Source: Tissierellia bacterium
GTDB lineage: Bacteria > Bacillota > Clostridia > Tissierellales > Tepidimicrobiaceae
Reading direction: 5' to 3'
Length of the DNA stretch: 63,056 nucleotides
Assembly: GCA_012735405.1 (NCBI GenBank)
Contig: JAAYHM010000143.1
Span: forward strand, 1-63,056
Shown: positions 55,863 through 63,056 of the stretch, piece after piece
How the letters are laid out: the number at the start of each line of letters is the position of its first letter
How positions within the stretch are numbered: the first letter of the stretch is position 1
Made by a program: the position numbers and the translations under genes
Notes under the pieces: generated by a model
What the model was told of the DNA's origin: nothing
The model's database searches: none
What the model saw: the letters and a program-made list of their open reading frames with translations, nothing else

Positions 55863-57323
55863 CTAATCAATTTCATTTAGTATATCCAATACTATTTTGT
55901 ATTCATCAAAAGGAATAAGCTCATCTTTAATTATAGTATAGGTTTCATGTCCTTTCCCTGCTAATAATATGGTATCTTTTGGTTTAGCATTTTCTAGTGC
56001 ATATTTTATGGCTTCTTTTCTGTCAGTTATTGCTATATATTTAGCTTTGCCCCTTTTAACTCCAACTAGTATGTCATTAATTATTTTATCTGGATCTTCA
56101 TATCTTGGATTATCAGATGTCACAATTAGAAAATCTGCAAATTTTGATGCAACTTCACCCATTAACGGACGCTTTTCCCTATCTCTATTACCTCCTGCAC
56201 CAAAAAGGACCACAACCCTACCTTGAGCAAACTGTTTTATAGTGGTCAATACTTTTTTCAAGCCATCAGGTGTATGAGCATAGTCAATTATAACATTAAA
56301 ATCTTTGTTTTTTAATGGTATCAATTCAAGTCTACCTTTAATACCATTAAATGATTCAATAGCCTTTTTTATTAGAGGCAATTCCAAATTAAAGGCAATT
56401 CCACATGAAGCTGCTGCTAATACATTATATACATTAAACTCACCCAGCAACTTCATACTTATAGGTGTACTACCTTTAGGTGTATGAAGAATAAAATCAA
56501 CACCATTACTATGATATACAATGTCTTTTGCTATTACATCACAGCTATCATTTAAACCATAGGTTATTGAAGGAACATCATTTTTTATATCTTTTAACAT
56601 TCTCCTCCCATATGGGTCATCATAATTTATAATATTACATTTCTTAGTAATATTAAATAGTTTTAATTTGCTTTTATAATATTTTTCCATAGTTAGATGA
56701 TAGTCTAGGTGATCTTCTGTTAAATTAGTAAATATTCCTACTTGATAATCTATATATTTAACCCTTTTTAAGTCCAATGCATGAGATGAAACTTCCATTA
56801 TACAAAATTCTATATCTGCATCTACCATTGTCTTTAAATATCTTTGTAGAGTTAAAGAATCTGGAGTTGTATTCTTATTATCTATCCTTTTATTATTAAT
56901 TATAGACCCTAATGTACCAATTATTGCATTTTTTATTTTATGCTCTTCTAAAATTTTTTTTATAATATATGTAGTAGTTGTCTTCCCATTAGTACCAGTA
57001 ACCCCTATTAAATTTATTTTTTTAGAGGGTTCCTCATAAAAAATTGAACTAATTCGTGCTAAGGCTTCTGTTGTATCCTTAACTTTAACTATGGTAACAT
57101 CCTTCTCAATATTTACATCCTGTTCAACCACTATACAAACTGCTCCATTATTTATGGCTTCATTAACAAATTTATGACCATCTACTGTAAACCCTTTTAT
57201 TGCTATAAACATATAGCCATTCTGAATCTTCCTTGAATCATGTTCTATTCCCAATATATTGATATCTGCATTTCCTCTTATTATTTCATGACTAATATTA
57301 TCAATTAATCTTTTTAACTCCAA
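55863..57323 (-). CDS. murE: UDP-N-acetylmuramoyl-L-alanyl-D-glutamate--2,6-diaminopimelate ligase
   Basis: 486 aa. GTNGKTTT, and a DNPR motif (SDNPRYEDP) indicating meso-DAP specificity. TTG start with AGGGGG RBS. Confidence 0.95.
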   Translation of the reverse strand: MELKRLIDNISHEIIRGNADINILGIEHDSRKIQNGYMFIAIKGFTVDGHKFVNEAINNGAVCIVVEQDVNIEKDVTIVKVKDTTEALARISSIFYEEPSKKINLIGVTGTNGKTTTTYIIKKILEEHKIKNAIIGTLGSIINNKRIDNKNTTPDSLTLQRYLKTMVDADIEFCIMEVSSHALDLKRVKYIDYQVGIFTNLTEDHLDYHLTMEKYYKSKLKLFNITKKCNIINYDDPYGRRMLKDIKNDVPSITYGLNDSCDVIAKDIVYHSNGVDFILHTPKGSTPISMKLLGEFNVYNVLAAASCGIAFNLELPLIKKAIESFNGIKGRLELIPLKNKDFNVIIDYAHTPDGLKKVLTTIKQFAQGRVVVLFGAGGNRDREKRPLMGEVASKFADFLIVTSDNPRYEDPDKIINDILVGVKRGKAKYIAITDRKEAIKYALENAKPKDTILLAGKGHETYTIIKDELIPFDEYKIVLDILNEID

Positions 57324-57343
57324 AATATCCCCCTGCCTTTACT

Positions 57344-57380
57344 AAAAATAATTAATTAAAGGCAACTTTATAAGTCGCCT
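57344..57380 (-). terminator. imperfect hairpin with U-rich tail after the PASTA-PBP gene
   Basis: AGGCAACTT (57360..57368) / AAGTCGCCT (57372..57380), one mismatch, followed on the minus strand by UUAAUUAAUUAUUUUU. Confidence 0.4.
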
Positions 57381-57446
57381 ATTAATTATCTTTAGTATCT
57401 TTATTACAAGTTTAGCTTTAGCAATTAAACTTATTTCATCTTTAGC

Positions 57447-59438
57447 TTAGGGGGATGCTTCAAAATCAGCATCAAGATATAGATCTATTATTGAACCTTT
57501 GGTAACTTCTGTTCCTGGTAGTGGAAATTGCTCTATAACAATGGAATTTTCTGTTATATTATATGATTCTGTAGCATATCTAAAACCTAACTCAGTTAAT
57601 ATTCTTCCTGCTTCTGAGATGGTTAAGTTTCTAACATCAGGTACTATTTCAGTATACTCAAATTCTTCCTTTTCTTCTTCAGTAAATTCACGCTTAACCT
57701 CCAAGTAAGATAAAGTTTCTTCTATTAATTCACCAGCTATTGGAGCTGCCACACTTCCACCATAATAAATTCCTTCAGGTTCATCTACTATAACCAGGAC
57801 AGCTATTTTAGGATCATCTGCTGGAGCTATAGCTACAAAGGAACCAATATATTTGCCAGGTGCATATCTTCCATCAATTATTTTTTGAGCAGTTCCAGTT
57901 TTTCCTGCAACCCTATATCCTGGAACATAAGCATTTGAACCAGTTCCTTCTGAAACTACTCCTTCCATTAGCTTAAGGATTGTTTTGGATGTGCTTTCTG
58001 ATATAACTTGTCTTTTTACTTCAGGTTCAAAAGTTTTTATTACATTTCCTTCATTATCCACTAGTTGTGAAACTAATCTTGGTGTCATAAGTTTACCACC
58101 ATTAGCTATGGCAGATATAGCAGTTATAAGCTGTATTGGAGTTACAGCTATTCCATGCCCATAACTCATAGTAGCTAAATTTACTTCTTTTATAACGTCA
58201 GTATTTACAGGAATAATACCAGCTTGTTCTCCGGTTAGCTCTATTCCTGTTTTTTCACCAAATCCAAAGGCTTTAATATACTCGTACAGCTTTTCTTTTC
58301 CTAATCTCCTTCCTACATTTACAAAAACAACGTTGCAGGAATTTTCAAATCCTTCCTCAAAAGTCTGATGCCCATGAGGATTGTACCATCTAGCACATTT
58401 TAAAACTGCACCAGGTATATCTCGTACAAAGCCATTGCAGTAAAAAGGACTATCTACCTGTACTGCATTTTCTTCCAGTGCAGCCGCTGCAACAATGACT
58501 TTAAAAGTTGACCCTGGCTCATAAGAATCATTTATGGAAAAATTTCTCCACATGTCATACCATTTTTTTTGTAATTCCTCTAGAGGTAGGCTTTCCCATT
58601 GTTTTTTTGTCTCTTCATCTAAAGGCTCCCTTGGTGAATTTGGATCATATTGAGGCATATTTGCCATAGCCAGTATATCTCCAGTTTGCGGTTCCATTAC
58701 AATTATTGAAACGTTTTTAGCATTTGTCTCCATTAGCTTCTTTGCTGCATATTTTTCTGCAAAATGCTGTATAGTTTCATCTATTGTTAGTACTACATTC
58801 AATCCATCCTCAGGATCATAAACTTTTTCTCCTCCATAAGGCATTTCCACACCTCTGGCATCTTCAGTCTTAACCCACATCCCCTGGGTTCCAGATAGAT
58901 ATTTGTCAAAAGTCCTTTCTATGCCATATAAGCCATTGTTGTCTATGTCTGTAAATCCAAGAATATGGCTTGCAAACTCTCCATAGGGATAAAATCTCTT
59001 ATTATCATCTACTATCTCTATCCCTGAAAGATTTAAACTCCTAAGTCTTTTAACTTCTTCCATGGATATCCATTGCTTTATTTTTATAACATTTACATCT
59101 TTCGTAATTTTTTCATATACCTCTGATTCATCTAAGTTTAGTGCTTCTGATAGCTTTTTTGCAGTATCCACAGGATTTTTAATATCTGCAGGAGATGCCC
59201 AGACAGTATGGGAACTTACTGAGATTGCAAGTTTTTTCCCATTTCTATCAAAAATATTTCCTCTTTTAGCATTTATGTAAATGCCTTTTGTCCACTGTTC
59301 CAATGCTCCTTTTTTCAACTCTTCTCCTTTAACTATTTGTATATAGCCTAATCTTATTGTCAAAACAAATATTGCTAAAATAGTTGCAAATAACACAAAT
59401 AATAGCCTTTTCTTAGAAGCATTAGTAGGCAACGTCAA
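57447..59438 (-). CDS. class B penicillin-binding protein with C-terminal PASTA domain (FtsI/PBP2B/SpoVD-type)
   Basis: 663 aa. STFK, SCN, KTGTA motifs. One PASTA repeat (VPDVRNLTISEAGRIL..GSIIDLYL). dcw position after ftsL. Confidence 0.9.
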   Translation of the reverse strand: MTLPTNASKKRLLFVLFATILAIFVLTIRLGYIQIVKGEELKKGALEQWTKGIYINAKRGNIFDRNGKKLAISVSSHTVWASPADIKNPVDTAKKLSEALNLDESEVYEKITKDVNVIKIKQWISMEEVKRLRSLNLSGIEIVDDNKRFYPYGEFASHILGFTDIDNNGLYGIERTFDKYLSGTQGMWVKTEDARGVEMPYGGEKVYDPEDGLNVVLTIDETIQHFAEKYAAKKLMETNAKNVSIIVMEPQTGDILAMANMPQYDPNSPREPLDEETKKQWESLPLEELQKKWYDMWRNFSINDSYEPGSTFKVIVAAAALEENAVQVDSPFYCNGFVRDIPGAVLKCARWYNPHGHQTFEEGFENSCNVVFVNVGRRLGKEKLYEYIKAFGFGEKTGIELTGEQAGIIPVNTDVIKEVNLATMSYGHGIAVTPIQLITAISAIANGGKLMTPRLVSQLVDNEGNVIKTFEPEVKRQVISESTSKTILKLMEGVVSEGTGSNAYVPGYRVAGKTGTAQKIIDGRYAPGKYIGSFVAIAPADDPKIAVLVIVDEPEGIYYGGSVAAPIAGELIEETLSYLEVKREFTEEEKEEFEYTEIVPDVRNLTISEAGRILTELGFRYATESYNITENSIVIEQFPLPGTEVTKGSIIDLYLDADFEASP

Positions 59439-59440
59439 AA

Positions 59441-59902
59441 CTAGACCCCCTTAAATAAGCTTAATGTGAAATTTACTACATTTTTAATAACAGCAATTAA
59501 ATTAAAGTCCTCTGTTTCATTTTCACTAGTTATAATAGGTTCTTCTACTTCTACATAAACTACTTGCCCTTCTTCTGGATATATCATGCCTAATTTTGTA
59601 AATGCATCTTCTTCTATCTTTGTAGAGCTTTTAATTGCTTCAAGCTCTGCAAGCAAATCATCTTTTTCTTCCTCTAGTCTAATTTTTTGAGCTTGTAATT
59701 CTGTTATTTCTAATTTTAACTTTGTAATTTGGGCGTATCTATGAAGTATAATTAAAGATAGGGCTAATCCAATAATTGCAAAAAACATAAGCATTAACCT
59801 ATATACGGCCATATTGTTTTTCTTCTTGTTAGTAGTCCTGATATTCTTTTTTCTTTTTTCTTCTATGTGACTATATTCTAATTCTCTTTTTGCTACTAAC
59901 AA
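59441..59902 (-). CDS. ftsL: cell division protein FtsL (septum formation initiator family)
   Basis: Basic N-terminus, single TM, leucine-zipper-like coiled coil (KLKLEITELQAQKIRLEEEKDDLLAELE). Position between rsmH and the PBP. Start uncertain (TTG 59902). Confidence 0.7.
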   Translation of the reverse strand: MLVAKRELEYSHIEEKRKKNIRTTNKKKNNMAVYRLMLMFFAIIGLALSLIILHRYAQITKLKLEITELQAQKIRLEEEKDDLLAELEAIKSSTKIEEDAFTKLGMIYPEEGQVVYVEVEEPIITSENETEDFNLIAVIKNVVNFTLSLFKGV

Positions 59903-59930
59903 TTTATTCTAACCCCCTTTGATTTAGAAC

Positions 59931-60872
59931 CTAAAGTCTCTTAGCAATCCTCAATTTTGCACTCCTTGATCTAGGGTTTTTTTCTACTTCCTCTACAGTA
60001 GGAATAATTGGTTTTTTTGTTATAATATCTATCTCTCTTTTTTTATTACACCTGCAAACAGGGATCTCCGGAGGACATATACAATCTTTGTTTAAATCTA
60101 TAAAGGCTCTTTTTACAATTCTATCTTCCAGTGAATGAAAGGTAATAATGCAAAGTCTACCATCCTTCTTTAAACGCCTAACCATATTAGGTATACTTTT
60201 TTCTAATATATTAAGTTCATCATTTACTTCAATTCTTATAGCTTGGAATGTTTTTTTTGCAGGATGATGTCCTTCCATCCTTACCTTTTTAGGTATGGCC
60301 TTCTTTATAACATCTACCAGCTCTAAAGTTGTATCTATAGGCTTACTTGCTCTTTCTTTTACAATAAACTCTGCAATTCTTTTTGCCCATCTCTCTTCTC
60401 CATACTCCCAAATTATCCTTTCAAGATCTTTTTTGCTATATTTATTTACTACATCCCAAGCTGAAAAATTTTTTCCCCTGTTCATTCTCATATCCAAGGG
60501 GGCATCCTTATTGTGTGAAAAACCTCTTTCCTTTTCGTCTAATTGATGGGATGATACACCTAAATCAAGAAGTATTCCATCTACTTTATCTATCTTTAAG
60601 TCTTCCAATATTTGGTCTATGTTTGCATAGTTATCATGGACAAAAATGACTTTATTAGAAAAATCCTTTAAGGTTTCTTTTGCTTTATTTATTGCATTAA
60701 TATCCTGATCTATGCCAATTAACATTCCTGTTTTTAGTCTTTTTGCAATTTCATATGAATGCCCTGCTCCTCCTAAGGTGCCATCTACATATATGCCGTC
60801 TTCCTTAATATTTAATCCTTCTATAACTTCCTGAAGTAGTACAGGTATATGTTCAAATCTCAACTTATCCAC
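59931..60872 (-). CDS. rsmH: 16S rRNA (cytosine1402-N4)-methyltransferase
   Basis: 313 aa. [21 protein letters not shown] motifs. The start may be the TTG three codons in (60863), which has better SD spacing. Confidence 0.95.
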   Translation of the reverse strand: MDKLRFEHIPVLLQEVIEGLNIKEDGIYVDGTLGGAGHSYEIAKRLKTGMLIGIDQDINAINKAKETLKDFSNKVIFVHDNYANIDQILEDLKIDKVDGILLDLGVSSHQLDEKERGFSHNKDAPLDMRMNRGKNFSAWDVVNKYSKKDLERIIWEYGEERWAKRIAEFIVKERASKPIDTTLELVDVIKKAIPKKVRMEGHHPAKKTFQAIRIEVNDELNILEKSIPNMVRRLKKDGRLCIITFHSLEDRIVKRAFIDLNKDCICPPEIPVCRCNKKREIDIITKKPIIPTVEEVEKNPRSRSAKLRIAKRL

Positions 60873-60880
60873 TCCTTAAT

Positions 60881-61312
60881 CTATATACCTAATTCAGCCA
60901 TTTTTTCTGCTATGCTATCATAACTTAAACTGTCATCATCATTATAGCTATCCCATTCTTCTTTGCTCCATATTTCAATCCTTGAAGCAACTCCAATAAT
61001 CACTGCATCTTTGACCAGCTTTGCATGTTCTCTCAAGTTATTAGGTATTAAAACTCTCCCTTGTTTATCTAATATGCATTCTGTAGCACCAGAAAAGAAA
61101 AATCTTACAAATGCTCTTGCATCCCTGTTGGTAAGTGGTAATTTCCTTAACTTTTCTTCTAATGCCTTCCATTCTTCTTGAGGATAGACAAATAAGCAAT
61201 TATCTAACCCCTTAGTCATTATAAATTCTGCTCCTAAACTTTCTCTAAATTTAGAAGGTATTATAAGTCTACCTTTACTATCTACAGTATGTTGATATTC
61301 TCCAATAAACAT
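60881..61312 (-). CDS. mraZ: transcriptional regulator MraZ
   Basis: Two SpoVT/AbrB-like repeats with DSKGR / DKQGR. ATG 61312 (MFIGEY..) preferred over track GTG 61321. Confidence 0.93.
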   Translation of the reverse strand: MFIGEYQHTVDSKGRLIIPSKFRESLGAEFIMTKGLDNCLFVYPQEEWKALEEKLRKLPLTNRDARAFVRFFFSGATECILDKQGRVLIPNNLREHAKLVKDAVIIGVASRIEIWSKEEWDSYNDDDSLSYDSIAEKMAELGI

Positions 61313-61350
61313 ACCACTCACCCTTTTGGTTCACTTATGCAAACAAATAC

Positions 61351-61375
61351 ACCACAATCTACCACTTTCCCCCAC
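61351..61375 (-). promoter_or_regulatory. MraZ operator: three GTGG[GT] direct repeats at exact 10-bp spacing
   Basis: Minus strand GTGGGGGAAA-GTGGTAGATT-GTGGTGTATT (plus-strand CCCAC 61371, ACCAC 61361, ACCAC 61351), immediately downstream of the Pmra -10. Confidence 0.6.
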
Positions 61376-61384
61376 ACTAATATT

Positions 61385-61413
61385 ATTCTATACCATTTCT
61401 ATAATTCCTTCAA
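61385..61413 (-). promoter_or_regulatory. sigma-A promoter of the dcw/mra operon
   Basis: Minus strand TTGAAG (61413..61408), 17 nt, TAGAAT (61390..61385), with TG upstream. Confidence 0.5.
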
Positions 61414-61506
61414 TTAAATTAAATTTTTTAAAAAAAGTTATAGTAATTAAGTCCTATTTTCCCTCAAAATACTTCATAGTATAACTTATTTAGACATTAA
61501 AAGCTG

Positions 61507-61538
61507 TAAAAAAAAGAGATTCTTTGTCAAGAATCTCT
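61507..61538 (-). terminator. rho-independent terminator after ybaK-like gene
   Basis: AGAGATTCTT (61515..61524) / AAGAATCTCT (61529..61538), followed by U8 on the minus strand. Confidence 0.8.
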
Positions 61539-62009
61539 CTAAAACCAATCTTTACACACATCGATCCACTCTTTATATTGTGAGAATTTCTCTAATTCTT
61601 CTAAAGTCACTTCTATGGCACTATTGCTGCTACCACAGGCAGGAAAAACTGTATTGAATCTTTTTAAAGATATGTCTAAATAAATCTCCACACCTTCTTT
61701 TACTCCAAAGGGGCATACACCACCTACTTCATGCCCCACTAATTCTTCTAATTCATCAGGTGTAAGCATTTTTGGTTTGTAATTAAATTTCTTCTTAAAT
61801 TTTGAATTAGAAACCTTTGCGTCTCCTGCTGTTACAATTAGTATAATCCTATCTTTAGTTTTAAAAGCTAATGTCTTTGCTATTCTTTCAGGTTCACAAT
61901 TAACAGCTTGGGCTGCAAGTTCAACGGTAGCACTAGAAGTATCAAATTCCATAATTCTATTGTGAGCATTCCATTTTTCTAAATATCTTCTAACAGTTTC
62001 TATAGACAT
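61539..62009 (-). CDS. YbaK/EbsC family aminoacyl-tRNA deacylase (Cys/Pro-tRNA editing domain)
   Basis: 156 aa. AKTLAFK.., GGVCPFG motifs of the YbaK/ProX fold. Confidence 0.82.
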   Translation of the reverse strand: MSIETVRRYLEKWNAHNRIMEFDTSSATVELAAQAVNCEPERIAKTLAFKTKDRIILIVTAGDAKVSNSKFKKKFNYKPKMLTPDELEELVGHEVGGVCPFGVKEGVEIYLDISLKRFNTVFPACGSSNSAIEVTLEELEKFSQYKEWIDVCKDWF

Positions 62010-62032
62010 TTAATCCCCCCTTAACACTGGTA

Positions 62033-62767
62033 TCAATGGTTTTCTTCTTTTTTCCTTCTTTTGTGTAATAAATAAAAGCTAATAATTATAGCAGAAATAC
62101 TCACTAATTGGGCCACTCTAACTGGTCCTAACATTAAACTATCAATTCTTAAGCCTTCTACAAAAAATCTTACTGAGGAATATAAAATTAAATATATTAA
62201 AAATACTTCACCAGTAACCTTTGTTTTTTTCCTATACCACAACAAAATAAAAAATATAATAAAATTACCGATGGATTCATATAAAAAAGTAGGATGTACT
62301 TTTACACCATCTATTATTATCCCCCAAGGCAAATCTGTGGGAACTCCATAGGCTTCCTGATTAATATAATTGCCCCATCTTCCAATGGCTTGACCCAATA
62401 TTAAACTAGGTGCTGCTATATCTGCCATTTGCCAAAAATCTAATTTTCTCTTTCTTGTAAATAATATGGCTACAATTATTGCAGCAATAATTGCACCATG
62501 TATAGCTAATCCGCCACCTCTAAAGTTAAGTATCTGATCTAAATTCTTTCCATAATAATCCCAATTAAATATTACATAATACAACCTTGCCCCTATTATG
62601 GCACTAGGTATGGCAAATATTAAAAGGTCTATAAAATCATCTTCCTTAACTCCAACCCTTTTTGTCTCCCTTAAGGCTAAAATTATACCTATAAAAACCC
62701 CAATAGATATTAGTACGCCATACCACATTACTTCAATTCCAAATATTTCAAATGCTACAGGATCCAT
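62033..62767 (-). CDS. lgt: prolipoprotein diacylglyceryl transferase
   Basis: 244 aa. RGGGLAIHGA, GRWGNYINQEAYG, HPTFLYES motifs. Confidence 0.95.
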   Translation of the reverse strand: MDPVAFEIFGIEVMWYGVLISIGVFIGIILALRETKRVGVKEDDFIDLLIFAIPSAIIGARLYYVIFNWDYYGKNLDQILNFRGGGLAIHGAIIAAIIVAILFTRKRKLDFWQMADIAAPSLILGQAIGRWGNYINQEAYGVPTDLPWGIIIDGVKVHPTFLYESIGNFIIFFILLWYRKKTKVTGEVFLIYLILYSSVRFFVEGLRIDSLMLGPVRVAQLVSISAIIISFYLLHKRRKKEENH

Positions 62768-62830
62768 TACTTATCTCCTTTCTACTTAATTTATAAAATA
62801 GTATAGCATAAATTGTCATCTTTTACATAA

Positions 62831-62857
62831 CAAAAAAACCAGTATTTAAACTGGTTT
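62831..62857 (-). terminator. rho-independent terminator after the partial upstream gene
   Basis: AAACCAGT (62836..62843) / ACTGGTTT (62850..62857), followed by a U-run on the minus strand. Confidence 0.75.
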
Positions 62858-63056
62858 ATAATTGCTTTCTAATATTTTCAATTATATTGTTTATTCTATC
62901 TACCTGTTCATCATAGGATTTACCATTAAGTAAATTCTCAATTACACCTTCTATATCATCAAATATTTTTTTGTCTCCTGATACAAAAACTTCAGATATG
63001 GAACTGTCCTTTTCCTTAACAGTATTAATCACAGTATTTATTACATCTTCTGTAAA
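62856..63056 (-). CDS. 3' end of an unidentified gene (5' part outside the window)
   Basis: My translation of the open minus-strand frame: ..FTEDVINTVINTVKEKDSSISEVFVSGDKKIFDDIEGVIENLLNGKSYDEQVDRINNIIENIRKQL*. Ends at TAA 62858..62856, followed by a terminator. I recognise no family. Confidence 0.45.
   Translation of the reverse strand, partial: FTEDVINTVINTVKEKDSSISEVFVSGDKKIFDDIEGVIENLLNGKSYDEQVDRINNIIENIRKQL

Noticed and set aside
57381-57446. Four CTTTAG/CTTTA repeats downstream of the PASTA-PBP stop codon.
   Set aside because: They are short and irregularly spaced in AT-rich spacer, so plausibly chance. No associated structure or ORF was found.
1-63056. Searched by eye for CRISPR repeats, rRNA/tRNA genes, transposases, integrases, phage genes, toxin-antitoxin pairs and restriction or defence genes.
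   Set aside because: No periodic direct repeats, cloverleaf-like GC-rich segments, or recombinase, defence or toxin motifs were seen. The window is essentially core chromosome apart from the 20.6-24.6 kb islet.

Overview
This is a low-GC (roughly 30%) Firmicutes/Clostridia chromosomal segment from an endospore former. Apart from one gene, every convincing gene is on the minus strand. The content is mostly conserved core synteny. (1) 1-20.5 kb holds sigK, a class B PBP, udk, a U32/O-methyltransferase tRNA-modification pair, mltG, queT, RNase J, fur, ruvX, ireB, alaS and iscR-nifS-nifU. (2) 20.6-24.6 kb is a four-gene islet of uncharacterised, possibly spore-surface genes, and it contains the only plus-strand gene. 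(3) 24.7-32.3 kb holds an SDR-type threonine dehydrogenase, degV, leuS with a T-box leader, asnS and rarA. (4) 32.3-41.8 kb is a complete oxidative L-ornithine (Stickland) degradation operon (ord-ortA-ortB-oraS-oraE-mutL-like-orr), driven by a clear sigma-54 -24/-12 promoter with its own PAS/AAA+ enhancer-binding activator. (5) 41.9-61.3 kb holds pgeF, nrdR, ylmC, sigG-sigE-spoIIGA and ftsZ, plus a full dcw cluster (mraZ to ftsQ) that lacks ftsA and carries murA. (6) ybaK and lgt follow. I found no rRNA, tRNA, CRISPR array, transposase or integrase. The most interesting items are as follows:
- the uncharacterised islet, including a nucleotidyltransferase paralog with a degenerate catalytic signature and a Cys-rich Ala/Val/Thr-rich protein;
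- an A10 tract that frameshifts the 5' end of ftsQ;
- a perfect sigma-A promoter followed by an intrinsic terminator in the short alaS leader;
- a 44-nt perfect palindrome upstream of the sigma-54 promoter;
- several hairpins that sequester Shine-Dalgarno sequences (sigK, murA, ylmC).
All calls are by-eye motif recognition and manual folding. No database search was run.
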